Shown: one piece after another, positions 24,078 to 36,691 of the stretch
Numbering within the stretch: position 1 is the first letter of the stretch
Layout: the number at the start of each line of letters is the position of its first letter
Assembly (NCBI RefSeq): GCF_963921235.1
Contig: NC_086097.1
Location: forward strand, 235,416,001 to 235,480,000
Reading direction: 5' to 3'
DNA from: Mobula hypostoma
Taxonomy: Eukaryota
DNA length: 64,000 bases
Translations under genes and position numbers: made by a program
Notes under the pieces: generated by a model
Database searches by the model: none
What the model saw: only the letters and a program-made list of their open reading frames with translations
What the model was told of the DNA's origin: nothing

Positions 24078-25636
24078 CAGGTTTCCCCCGCCATCTGAAG
24101 GTAGAGCGATCCTATGAAACGGTTTGTAAGCCAGAATGTCGTAAAGCGAAGAAGCAATATTTATATGGGAAAAATTTGTGAGCGTTCGCAGACTCAAAAA
24201 TAATGTACCAAATCATGCTAAATAACACTTAAAACTTAAAATAACAGTAACATATAGTAAAAGCAGAAATTATATGATAAATACACAGCCTATATAAAGT
24301 AGAAATACTTCTCTACAACGATTACCTGCACAGATCTCCGTAGCGAAAATCTCACACAAGCGCTGTTAGCAAAAACACTCTCTCCAGTAACCTTTAAACT
24401 ATGAAGCTGCCAAAATAACCAAATAACACTTAAAAATACACAGCCGATATAAAGTAGAAATAATGTATGTACAGTGTAGTATCACTTACCAGAATTGGTT
24501 CAGTGTCGAGCACACTGATGATGGCGTGTTAGACTGAGTTGAAGCAGGCTGGGGTGATGCAGTGGCCCCTACCCTCCGGGCCGACGACCGATACATTGCC
24601 GCAAAGCATGCAGGGGTACAACGGTAGCCGGAAAGCACACAGCACATCTTTAAGAAAAAATACGAAACAAACATGCTAATTAATTAGGTGCCGCCCGACA
24701 CGTAATTGTCGGCCCAGATCAGAGACGATGCAATCAGCAATCGGCACTGATCTGGGCCGACAATTACGTGCTGGGCAGCACCTAATTAATTAGCATGTTT
24801 GTTTCGGCTTTTTTCTTAAAGATGTGCTGTGTGCCTCCCGGCTACCGCTGCATTCTCCGCGAATCGGTACAGTATCTGTCCGGGGCCCGGGGGTTGGGGT
24901 GGTGGGACACGGGGGTGTCATCTCATCGTCGATCAGAGCAGGCAGTTCATCTTCTCCTATGACTGCCCGCCTCGATGTCGAAGGTCGAGGTTCGTCCTCT
25001 GCTGTGGCTGATTTGAAAGGCTTGCTTGACTGCTGAGCCTCTCACATTTTTCTATCATATAGTTCTTTGCAAGCACTCAAACCATCCTGAAAATATCCCC
25101 TAAACCTACGTACCCTTTCAAAATTAAAGTTGTACTTTATCATTGCCGCGAAAATCTCATGCAGTTGCTTCACTTTCGCTACTGCATTCGGTTTCGATGA
25201 TTATCCTTTCCTCTTCCAAGTGCATCAGCTCTTCAGCTATCAGATCTTGGTCATGGGATGCCAAAACCTATTCAACATCATCTTCATCAGCTTCCACAAG
25301 CCAAACTCACTTTGTCCTTACTTCGTTCACCACGATGGAAATGCTTAATTATGTCTAGTTTTATGCTAAATGTAACACCCTTATGAGCTCTTTCAGGCTT
25401 TTCCAACACCTTAGGACTCATCTTGCTAACGGCTGCTCAATGCAACGTGTTTAAGCAATGCCGTTCCGAATCTGGGGGGAGAGCAGTTGCTCGGGGCGCG
25501 CGCTGCCTTTTATCGCGCACTGCCTTTCTTCGTAACAATGAAAACACCTTCTGAAAGCGAAAAGAGGGTACTAATGTAGGTCTTTCGTAACAGTGAGGTT
25601 TCGTAAAGTAAACATTCGAAAAGTGGGGGACAGCTG
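24078..25636 (-). mobile_element. Tigger-like non-autonomous DNA transposon
   Basis: TA|CAGGTTTCCCCCG..GGGGGACAGCTG|TA termini; CR1 sequence is continuous across the site; internal inverted repeat. Confidence 0.85.
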
Positions 25637-25698
25637 TATAAAAGAAGATACCAAAAGTTTCTTCAGATATTTAAAGTGTAAAAGAGTGGAGAGAGTGG

Positions 25699-25940
25699 TG
25701 ATGCACCATCAATAATTCCAAAAAGACTGGAAGTAGGGTAAATACTGAAAAACTTTTATTCGCAGTAAAATGTGACTTCCAGCATGCTGAGTGTCTGCCC
25801 CTGGACTGAGGAGGAAGCAAAGCAAGGCAAGGCAAAATCACCTTTATTCAGGGGTCTGTGGGAGGAGCCACAGGGGCAGTCAGCAGAGGGACGTGTCCAG
25901 ACAGGTAACCCAGTTACAACATATATATATGGTTTACCAC
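25699..25940 (-). mobile_element. Short solo LTR
   Basis: Flanked by GTGG/GTGG within CR1; TG start; AATAAA on the minus strand. Confidence 0.6.
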
Positions 25941-26090
25941 GTGGATATAGGAATGCTGGAAAACGATGCTGGAGAGGTAGTAAGTGGGGAACAACAAAAC
26001 GGTGGATGAAGGTGAATAAGTATTTTGCATCAGTCTTTACTGTGGAAGACACGAGCAGTATGCTGGGAGTTTTGGGTGTCAGGGGAATGA

Positions 26091-27299
26091 CATAGAAACA
26101 TAGAAACATAGAAAATAGGTGCAGGAGTAGGCCATTTGGCCCTTCAAGCCTGCACCACCATTCAGTATGATCATGGCTGATCATCCAACTCAGAACCCTG
26201 TACCAGCCTTTCCTCCATACTCCCTGATCCCTTTAGCCACAAGGGCCATATCTAACTCCCTCTTAAATATAGCCAATCAACTGGCCTCAACTGTTTCCTG
26301 TGGCAGAGAATTCCACAGATTCACCACTCTCTGTGTGAAGAAGTTTTTCCTAATCTCGGTCCTAAAAGGCTTCCCCTCTATCCTCAAACTGTGGCCCCTC
26401 GTTCTGGACTTCCCCAACATTGGGAACAATCTTCCTGCATCTAGCCTGTCCAATCCCTTCAGGATTTTATACATTTCAATCAGATCCCCCCTCAATCTTC
26501 TAAAGTTCAACGAGTATAAGCCTAGTTCATCCAGTCTTTCTTCATATGAAAGTCCTGCCATCCCAGGAATCAATCTGGTGAACCTTCTTTGTACTCCCTC
26601 TATGGCAAGGATGTCTTTCCTCAGATTAGGGGACCAAAACTGCACACAATACTCCAGGTGTGGTCTCACCAAGGCCTTGTACAACTGCAGTAGTACCTCC
26701 CTGCTCCTGTACTCGAATCCTCTCGCTATAAATGCCAGCATACCATTCGCCTTTTTCACCGCCTGCTGTACCTGCATGCCCACTTTCAATGACTGGTGTA
26801 TAATGACACCCAGGTCTCGTTGCACCTCCCCTTTTCCTAATCGGCCACCATTCAGATAATAATCTGTTTTCCTATTTTTGCCACCAAAGTGGATAACCTC
26901 ACATTTATCCACATTAAATTGCATCTGCCATGAATTTGCCCACTCACCTAAACTATCCAAGTCACCCTGCATCCTCTCAGCATCCTCCTCACAGCTAACA
27001 CTGCCGCCCAGCTTCGTGTCATCCGCAAACTTGGAGATGCTGCATTTAATTCCCTCATCCAAGTCATTAATATATATTGTAAACAACTGGGGTCCCAGCA
27101 CCGAGCCTTGCGGTACCCCACTAGTCACTGCCTGCCATTCTGAAAAGGTCCCGTTTATTCCCACTCTTTGCTTCCTGTCTGCCAACCAATTCTCTATCCA
27201 CATCAATACCTTACCCCCAATACCGTGTGCTTTAAGTTTGCACACTAATCTCCTGTGCGGGACCTTGTCAAAAGCCTTTTGAAAATCCAAATATACCAC
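26091..27299 (-). mobile_element. Young CR1, 5' truncated, with an open RT frame
   Basis: [24 protein letters not shown] and KFADD uninterrupted; (CATAGAAA)n tail. Confidence 0.97.
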
Positions 27300-27805
27300 A
27301 GAAGTTACCATAACTGGAGAAAAGGTTCTTGGGAATATAAAAGGTCCGATGGTAGATAAGTCACCTGGACCAGATGGTGTACCCCCTAGAGTTATGAAAG
27401 AGGTGGCTGAAGAGATCATGGAGATATTAGTAATGATCTTCCAAGTATCACTAGATTCTGAAATGGTTCCAGAAGACAAGAAGATTGCAAATGTCATTCC
27501 ACTCTTTAAAGAGAAAATGGGCAAAAAAATGGCAGATGAAATACAGTCTCAGGAAGTTTATGGTTATGCACTTTGGAAGAAGAAACGCAAGGGTTGACTA
27601 TTTTCTAAATGGAGAGAAAATACAAAAAAAAAAGCTGAGGTGCAAAAGGAGTTGAGAGTGCTTGTGGAAATTTCCCTAAAGGTTAAATTGCAGATTGAGT
27701 CTGTGGTGAGGAATGCAAATGCAATGTTAGCATTCATTTCATGAGGACTAGAATATAAAAGCAAGGATGTAATGTTGAGACATTATAATGCACTGGTGAG
27801 GCCTC

Positions 27806-30166
27806 TGTTACCAGGTTCGGAGATGGCCCAAGTGTGGAGTGAGAGACACTGTAGTGGGTTAATAGTTCACAGAATACAATAAATGCTAGGCCAACCAGGG
27901 CCATTAACTAAAACCCTCAAATGGGAAACGAAGCCTACACTGTGGCTGAAAGGAATAACTAAATATAAAATGAAAACTGCTAGTCTTCAGAGTCAGTTGA
28001 CTCAACTGTCCAATTTCTCAGGCAAGGCCGAATGCAAACAGGCAGCATAACATTGCTGTGCTCTTCCCAAGTTTTGACCAACACTACGACTGAATGAATG
28101 GAGTTAAATACTATCACAATAAATAATAATTAGCTGACATGTGCATATTCACAAGTGCAATTGCTGTAACTTCTCCGCTGCCGAATCCAGGTGCAGCCCC
28201 TGAGGCACCGCAGATGTGTGTCCACTGGAAGTCCTGAATGAGGTACTTGTTCAAGATGTCCTTCAATGATGCTGGTAGATAAGTACCATGGTGTGCACTG
28301 GCAATATTGGAGCCAAAGACTTCCATGTAGAGACAGCAACAAGAGCTTATACACAGGTAGCTCGACAAAGTGACACCGTGAGACGAATCATTCTCAAAAT
28401 GAGGACCCTCCGATTGGAGCTAATCGGGCATCTGCTTCAAGAATAAAACTAACACAGAATCTCTGAATCTATTACAATAAACTTAACAAACTTAAACAGA
28501 AAGCACCAGGAAACCGCACTACAAAGAGCGAGTCGCTCGAGGAAAACACAAGGAACTCTTAAATGATTAATAACTGTTGTTAAGCAACAATTAACCAATT
28601 CAGTCGCTCTAAAAACCTCAGAGCCCAATGCTCTGATGCCCTGCACAGGCCTGAAGAAGTCACTACAGGACCCCCCCCTCCCTATAGCTGGCACCTGATG
28701 GCCCAGGAAGTCCTGAAAACTCGAGATCCAGGGAAAACACGAGAGACCTGGGGAACTTGAGGGAGGCATGGAGACTTGGGGATCCAGAGAGACTGAAAGA
28801 CCTAGAAACTCCAACAGACAGAGACCAGGAAACCTCGAGTGAGATTAAGAAACCTCGGGTGGGGCCCAGAGGGAGACTTGGGAGTCCTCGAGATGGGGAG
28901 GGCATTGAAAAACTCTAAACACATTGACTAAGCCTTGGAAGCAATCAGAAAAATAAAAATTTTGGGAACGTAGAGAAAAGTCCTTGGGAAACCTTGAAAA
29001 CATGAAAATTGAAAACTAAAGAAGGAACCTTTTCAAGTCTTGTTCACAGTGTTTTATCTTTCATAATTTTTCCAGAGGTAATTAGGATATACTCTCAATT
29101 TTACAGATCAAGACAGCATAGACAGGTTTCTTTCATCGCTAAGCTAGCTGGTGCCGTATAGATCTGTTTAATTTGCGACTTGAAAGTTCAATTTTCCCAG
29201 TCTGTACCATGACTTTCATCAAGAGGTTAAAAATACTCTTGATAGGGTTACTTTACTTGTGTATTTGTACACTCCAGCCAGGAATCAGCTTTTGGAGTAG
29301 GGCTCTTCCAGAATTTACACTATTGACTTGAATGATGATTTGTTGAATCAATTGATAAGCTTGCTTGAAGCGCTCATTTGTTATGCAGACCTGAGTCATG
29401 GGACCACAAAGCTGGGAACCTGGGAACTTCTGATTGAAAACCTCGGAATGGATACCTGAGAAATTCATTGTAGACTAGAAAAGATTGATATGTAGACTTG
29501 GGACTCTCAGAATGTAGAGTCAGGACATGTACTGAGAATAGTAGGCACCCTCTCCTCAAGCCACCAATGTCAAAACGTCTCTGTTCAAACTTTACTGGGT
29601 CCATTACTTGGCAAGATCCTTCTGTTACGATGGCAACAGAAGCAAGAGTTTACACATAGGAAATCCAACGGAACATTGTTGCTTTGACGAATCACTCTGA
29701 CCAATGAATCTCATGGCCAAGCTCAGCTACTCTCTCTCTCTCTCTGCTGGGTCCAGCTTTGTGTGGTTGAGACTTGCTGTCACCAGGTTCAGATATGGCC
29801 CAAGTGCGGAGTGAGAGACACTGAAACGGGTCGATAGTTCACAGACTTTAATGTGAAAAGTGTTAAAGGGAAAAGAAAACAATAAGTGCTGGGCCAAACA
29901 GAGCCATTAACTAAAACTCTACAAGCCTACACTGTGGCTGAAGGGAATAACTGAATATAAAACGAATACCGCTAGTCTTCGAAGTCAGTTGACTCGACAG
30001 TCCAGCGAAGCGAAGCGTTGCTGTGCTGTGTCCAAGTCTTGACAAATACTACGATGGAATGAATGGAGTTAAATACTATCACAATGATGTAATAATTAGT
30101 TGACACGTGCATATTCACGAATGCAATGACCGTATCTGCTGTGCTGCCCAATCTGTGGTTGTGACA
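27806..30166 (-). mobile_element. Non-autonomous LTR element with two LTRs
   Basis: Direct repeats at 27806-~28195 and 29778-30166; TG..CA ends; 5-bp TSD GCCTC at 27801-27805 and 30167-30171; no recognisable pol. Confidence 0.85.
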
Positions 30167-30734
30167 GCCTCACTTGGAGTATTGTAAGCAGTTTTGGGTC
30201 CTTTATCTTAGAAAGGATGTGCTGAAATTAGAGAGACTTCAAGCACCCTCTCGTGATAAGTTCACAAAAATGATTCCAGGATTGAATGGCCTGTCATATG
30301 AAAATCATATTATGGCTCTGTGCCTATATTCACTAGAATTCAGTTGAATGAGAGGTGACCTCATTGAAACTTATTGAATGGTGAAAGGTCTTGATAGAGA
30401 AGATATGGAGAGGATATTTCCTACAGTGGGAGAGTCTAAGACCAGAATAGAGCCTCAGAATAGAGGAGTGTCCTTTTAAAACAGAGATGAGGAATTTCTT
30501 CAGCCAGAACATGGTGAATCTGTGTAATTCATTATCACAGGTAGCTGTGGAGGTCAGGTCTTCCTGTACATTTATGTCAAAGATTGATAGATTCTTGATT
30601 GGTCAAGGCATGAAGGGATATGGGGAGAAAGCAGGAGATGGGGGCTAAGAGGAAAATTGGATCAGCCAGGATGAAATGGTAGGACAGACATAATGGGCAA
30701 AACAGTCTAATTCTGCACCTATATCTTATGTGTA

Positions 30735-31375
30735 TCAATGTAGACATAAAGAAGGCAAGACAGCGGCTATACTTTATTCGGAGTTTGAGGAGATTTGGCA
30801 TGTCAACAAATACACTCAAAAACTTCTATAGTTGCACTGTGGAGAGCATTCTGACAGGCTGCATCACTGTCTGGTATGGAGGGGCTACTGCACAGGACCG
30901 AAAGAAGCTGCAGATGGTTATAAATCTGGTCAGCTCCATCTTGGGCAATAGCCTACAAAGTACTCAGGACATCTTTAGGGGGTGGTGTCTCAGAAAGGCA
31001 GCGTCCATTATTAAGGACCTCCAGCACCCAGGGCATGCCCTTTTCTCACTGTTACCATCAGGTAGGAGATACAGAAGCCTGAAGGCACACACTCAGCGAT
31101 TCAGGAACAGCTTCTTCCCCTCTGCCAACTGATTCCTAGATGGACATTGAAGCTTTGGACACTACCTCAATTTTATTTAATATACAGTATTTCTGTTTTT
31201 GCATATTTTTTAATCTATTCAATATACGTAATTGATTTACTTGTTTATTTATTATTATTATTATTTTTTCTCTCTCTGCTAAATTATGTATTGCATTGAA
31301 CTGCAGCTGCTAAGTTAACAAATTTCACGTCACATGCCGGTGATAATAAACCTGATTCTGATTCTGATTCTGATT
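30735..31375 (+). mobile_element. Rex1/Babar LINE 3' end
   Basis: KKARQRLYF..LPSGRRYRS..RNSFFP; tail (TGATTC)n. Confidence 0.92.
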
Positions 31376-31664
31376 TTGTTTCTGCTCTTGTGGTCTTATA
31401 TGGGAAATACAGGAAATAGACAGCAGGTCATTCGCATCTACAGAGAGGGGAACAATAACAATTCAGATCTCTTCATCTCTCTTCAAACACTTATCTTGGT
31501 TTCTCTCTTTCCCAGAGTGAAAGGCTTTCTATCTGAAATATTAACTCTGTTTCTCCTTCCAGATGATTGTTCATGCCTTTTCCTGTTTTTATTTCAGATT
31601 TCCAGTTTCTGCATTTCAAATGATTTTTATATTTATTAATATCATTGCTAATTCTCTCCTCTCT

Positions 31665-34600
31665 TGAATTAGTTCCCTTATACGGAGTCTTTCTTTTCTT
31701 GTTAAATTTAAAATGGCTTCTTTTGTTATGTTATACTGGGGAATGCTGAGACAGTCTCTAACTAGACAGTTGCTTGGGTTATTATAGATTGCAGGGTGCT
31801 ATTAGCCAATGGGTAGTCATGGATCGTTTTGTTTTCGAATACAATGCTGTATCATATGACGGTGGACGGGGTTTTGGGGGGGAGTCGGAGGAGAGACGGG
31901 GAGGACGGTGGACGGGGTTTTGGCGGGGAGTCGGAGGAGAGACGGGGAGGACAGTGGACGGGACTTTTGGCGGGGAGTCGGAGGAGAGACGGGGAGGATG
32001 GTGGAGAGACGGGGAGGACGGTGGACGGGGTTTTTGATGGGGAGTCGGAGGAGAGACGGGGAGGACGGTGGAGAGACGAGGAGTCAGAGGAGAGACGGGG
32101 AGGACTGTGGACGGGGTTTTTGGCGGGGAGTCGGAGGAGAGACAGGGAGGAGGGTGGACGGGGTTTTTGACGGGGAGTCGGAGGAGAGACAGGGAGGACG
32201 GTGGACGGGGTTTTTGGCGGGAAGTCGGAGGAGAGACGGGGAGGACGGTGGACGGGGTTTTTGACGGGGAGTCGGAGGAGAGACAGGGAGGAGGGTGGAC
32301 GGGGTTTTTGACGGGGAGGACGATGGACGGGGCTTTTGGCGAGGGAGTCAGAGGAGAGACGGAGAGGACGGTTGAGAGACGAGGAGTCGGAGGAGAGACA
32401 AGGAGGACGGTGGACGGGGTTTTTGGTGGGGAGTCGGAGGAGAGACGGGGAGGATGGTGGACAGGGCTTTTGACGGGGAGTCGGAGGAGAGACAGGGAAG
32501 AGGGTGGACAGGGTTTTTGGCGGGGAGTCGGAGGAGAGACGGAGGAAGGTGGACGAGGTTTTGGGGGGGAGTCGGAGGAGAGACGGAGAGGACGGTGGAG
32601 AGACGGGGATTCAGAGGATAGACGGGGATGACGGTGGGCGGGGTTTTTGGCGGGGAGTCGGAGGAGAGACGGGAAGGATGGTGGAGAGACGAGGAGGACG
32701 GTGGAGAGATGGAGGTTTTTGGGGGGGAGTCGGAGGAGAGACGGGAAGGATGGTGGAGAGACGAGGAGTCGGAGGAAAGACGGAGAGGACAGTGGAGAGA
32801 CAGGGAGGACGGTGGACGGGGTTTTTGGCGGGGAGTCGGAGGAGAGATGGGGAGGATGGTGGACGGGGTTTTTGGCGGGGGGTCGGAGGAGAAACGGGGA
32901 GTCGGAGGAGAGACGAGCAGGACGGAGGAGAGACGAGGCGTCGGAGGAGAGACGGGGAGTCGGAGGAGAGACGGGGAGGACGGCAGTCGGGGTTTTGGCG
33001 GGGAGTCGGAGGAGAGATGGGGAGGACGGCGGAGAGATGGGGAGTCGGTGGAGAGACGGGTAGTCGGAGGGAGACGGGGAGGACGGAATTTTGGCGGGGA
33101 GTTGGAGGAGAGACGGGTTGGACGGGTTTTTGGGGGAGAGTCGGAGGAGAGACGGGGAGTTGGAGGAGAGATGGGGAGGACGGTGGACGGGGTTTTTGGG
33201 GGGGGATTCGGAGGAGAGATGGGGAGGACAGCGGACGGGGTTTTTGGGGGAGAGTCGGAGGAGAGACGAGGAGTCGGAGGAGAGACGGGGAGGATGGTGG
33301 ATGGGGGTTTTGACGAGGAGTCGGAGGAGAGACAAGGAGTCGGAGGAGAGACGGGGAGGACGGCGGACGTGCGGGGGTTTTTGACGGGGAGTCGGAGGAG
33401 AGACGAAGAGTTGGAGCAGAGACGGGGAGTCGGAGGAGAGACGAGGAGGACGGAGGAGAGACGGGGAGTCAGAGGAGAGACGAGGATGACGGTGGAGAGA
33501 CGGGGAGTCGGAGGAGAGACAAGGAGGACGGTGGAGAGATGGGGAGTCGGAGGAGAGACAAGGAGGACGGTGGAGAGATGGAGAGTTGGAGGAGAGATGG
33601 AGAGTCGGAGGAGAGACAAGGAGGACGGTGGAGCGATGGAGAGTCGGAGGAGAGACAAGGAGGACGGTGGAGAGACGGGGAGTCGGAGGAGAGACGGGAA
33701 GGATGGTGGAGAGACGAGGAGTCGGAGGAAAGACGGAGAGGACAGTGGAGAGACAGGGAGGACGGTGGACGGGGTTTTTGGCGGGGAGTTGGAGGAGAGA
33801 TGGGGAGGATGGTGGACGGGGTTTTTGGCGGGGGTCGGAGGAGAAACGGGGAGTCGGAGGAGAGACGAGCAGGACGGAGGAGAGACGAGGCGTCGGAGGA
33901 GAGACGGGGAGTCGGAGGAGAGACGGGGAGGACGGCGGTCGGGGTTTTGGCGGGGAGTCGGAGGAGAGATGGGGAGGACGGCGGAGAGATGGGGAGTCGG
34001 TGGAGAGACGGGTAGTCGGAGGGAGACGGGGAGGACGGTGGAGAGACGGAGAGGACGGAATTTTGGCGGGGAGTTGGAGGAGAGACGGGTTGGACGGGTT
34101 TTTGGGGGAGAGTCGGAGGAGAGACGGGGAGTTGGAGGAGAGATGGGGAGGACGGTGGACGGGGTTTTTGGGGGGGGATTCGGAGGAGAGATGGGGAGGA
34201 CAGCAGACGAGGTTTTTGGGGGAGAGTCGGAGGAGAGACGAGGAGTCGGAGGAGAGACGGGGAGGATGGTGGATGGGGGTTTTGACGAGGAGTCGGAGGA
34301 GAGACGGGGAGGACGGCGGACGTGCGGGGGTTTTTGATGGGGAGTCGGAGGAGAGACGGGGAGTCGGAGAAGAGACGGGGAGTCGGAGGAGAGACGAGGA
34401 GGATGGTGGAGAGACGGGGAGTCAGAGGAGAGACGAGGATGACGGTGGAGAGACGGGGAGTCGAAGGAGAGACAAGGAGGACGGTGGAGAGATGGGGAGT
34501 CGGAGGAGAGACAAGGAGGACGTTGGAGAGATGGAGAGTTGGAGGAGAGATGGAGAGTCGGAGGAGAGACAAGGAGGACGGTGGAGCGATGGGGAGTTGG

Positions 34601-36193
34601 AGGAGAGACAAGGTGGACGGTGGAGAGACGGGGAGTCGGAGGAGAGACGAGGAGGACGGTGGAGAGACGGGGAGTCGGAAGAGAGGCGAGGAGGACGGTG
34701 GAGAGATGGGGAGTCGGAAGAGAGACGAGGAGGACGGTGGAGAGACGGGGAGTTGGAGGAGAGACGAGGAGGACGGTGGAGAGACGGGGAGTCGGAGGAG
34801 AGACGAGGAGGACCGTGGACGGGGTTTTTGACGGGGAGTCGGTGGAGAGATGGGGAGTCGGAGGAGAGACGGGGAGTTGGATTAGAGACGAGGAGGATGG
34901 TGGAGAGACGGGGAGTCAGAGGAGAGACGAGGAGGACGGTGGAGAGACGGGGAGTCGGAGGAGAGATGGGGAGTTGGAGGAGAGACGAGGAGTCAGAGGA
35001 GAGACGGGGAGTCGGAGGAGAGATGAGGAGGACAGTGGAGAGACGGGGAGTCGGAAGAGAGACGAGGGGGACGGTGGAGAGACGGGGAGTCGGAGGGGAG
35101 ACGAGGAGGACGGTGGAGAGACGGGGAGTCAGAGGAGAGACGAGGAGGACGGTGGAGAGATGGGGAGTCGAAGGAGAGATGGGGAGTCGGAGGAGAGATG
35201 GGGAGTCGGAGGAGAGACGAGGAGGACGGAGGAGAGATGGGGAGGACGGTGGACGGGGTTTTTGGGGGGGAGTCGGAGGAGAGATGGGGAGGATGGAGGA
35301 GAGACGAGGAGGACGGAGGAGAGATGGGGAGGACGGTGGACGGGGTTTTTGGCGGGGAGTCGGGGGAGAGACGGGGAAGATGGAGGAGAGACGAGGAGGA
35401 CGGAGGAGAGACGGGGAGTCGGAGGAGAGACGAGGAGGACGGAGGAGAGATGGGGAGGACGGTGGACGGGGTTTTTGGGGGGGAGTCGGAGGAGAGATGG
35501 GGAGGATGGAGGAGAGACGAGGAGGACGGAGGAGAGATGGGGAGGACGGTGGACGGGGTTTTTGGCGGGGAGTCGGGGGAGAGACGGGGAGGATGGAGGA
35601 GAGACGAGGAGGACGGAGGAGAGACGGGGAGTCGGAGGAGAGACGGGGAGGACGGAGGAGAGACGGGGAGTCGGAGGAGAGACGAGGAGTCGGAGGAGAG
35701 ATGAGGAGGACGGTGGAGAAACGGGGACTCGGAGGAGAGACAGGGAGTCGGAGGAGAGACGGGGAGGACGGAGGAGAGACAGGGAGGACAGTGGAGAGAC
35801 GGGGAGTCAGAGGAGAGACGGGGAGGACGGCGGACGTGCGGAGAGGCTCTGGTCGATCACTCCAGGTGGTCCCGAGCCGTGAGTCGACAGGATCCGGGTG
35901 GTTGTCCGGATTCGATTGAGCTCCAACTGTAGCGCGCAAAGAACTTGGACTTTGATAAGTCTTGGCACCTTTTTTTTCATTACTTCCTTTTTTTCTGTAT
36001 CAAATTTATATTAATGTCATAGAAAAATTAGTAATATCTATAAAGTGTACTTGTTAAAATTTACTGGGTGTGCTGGCTGATGATTGATGTTTGGGACTGA
36101 TTCGGGCGGTGACCGACCCTGTGGGGAGTGTTGAGGCAGGTGCTGGGTGGGATTTCCCCTAGACATACACGAGCCAATATAACGGAATGTTAC
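31665..36193 (+). mobile_element. LTR-like element containing the minisatellite
   Basis: Ends in ..TGTTACA; shares AATGGCTTCTTT, TAGCCAAT and GAGCTCCAAC in the same order with the LTR at 37.6-38.2 kb; left boundary uncertain. Confidence 0.55.
31858..35840 (+). repeat. ~4-kb purine-rich minisatellite
   Basis: Modules GGGGAGTCGGAGGAGAGAC (19), GGGGAGGACGGTGGAGAGAC (20) and GGGGAGGACGGTGGACGGGGTTTTTGGC (28) in shuffled tandem order. Confidence 0.98.
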
Positions 36194-36691
36194 ATATGTA
36201 AATAATATGATTGAATTTAGTTGATGACCAGATCAAAATCATTTTAAAAATACGAGAGAACTAAGATAATCTCTTAGAAATTAATAAAGTAAACTTCCTC
36301 ATGCCATATCAAGTATTTCCAGGTATCTTAGTTCTTTCAGGTTTTAATAAAAACATCAGATATATCACTTAAATTGTCATAGGGTAAACACTCCAAGCCA
36401 AAACTAAATCATTACTGAATGCTCAGTAAGTGGCTGAAACTTTAGACTATTTCACTATCAATATTTGTTCAGTACTCTTCTGAAGGCAGGGCTATTAATT
36501 GCCTCTGTTGCATTCATTTGGAGTTTAGAGGGAGGGTTATGTGACTAGAATTTTGCTGCTTGTACCAGCAACCTCTGTTTAAAGTCAGCATATGTTGAAC
36601 GGAGATCGTATCAGTATCAGATGTCATGCTCTTCATGGTGAGAGTCATGGGTACTGTTGTCAAAAATTATGAATGATATTGTCATTTGCAG

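Larger units (their letters stand above)
22940..30728 (+). mobile_element. Long decayed CR1 ORF2, host to four nested insertions
   Basis: GVIYRP..IIGDFN and KSPGPDG motifs; RT 3' part resumes at 30167 after the LTR element. Confidence 0.85.

Noticed and set aside
26167..27282. Plus-strand ORFs of 230 and 134 aa
   Set aside because: They are antisense shadows of the CR1 RT.
26277..27524. 415-aa RT ORF as a complete protein
   Set aside because: The first ~75 aa are antisense of the host CR1; the young CR1 is 5' truncated at ~27299.
28114..29604. Short ORFs inside the LTR element as captured host genes
   Set aside because: No recognisable protein similarity in the frames I translated.
31858..35840. 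CRISPR-like repeat array
   Set aside because: No unique spacers and no cas genes; the context is eukaryotic.
31782..35939. Long ORFs of up to 777 aa on both strands
   Set aside because: These are translations of a stop-poor minisatellite in many frames at once, with low complexity and no domain.
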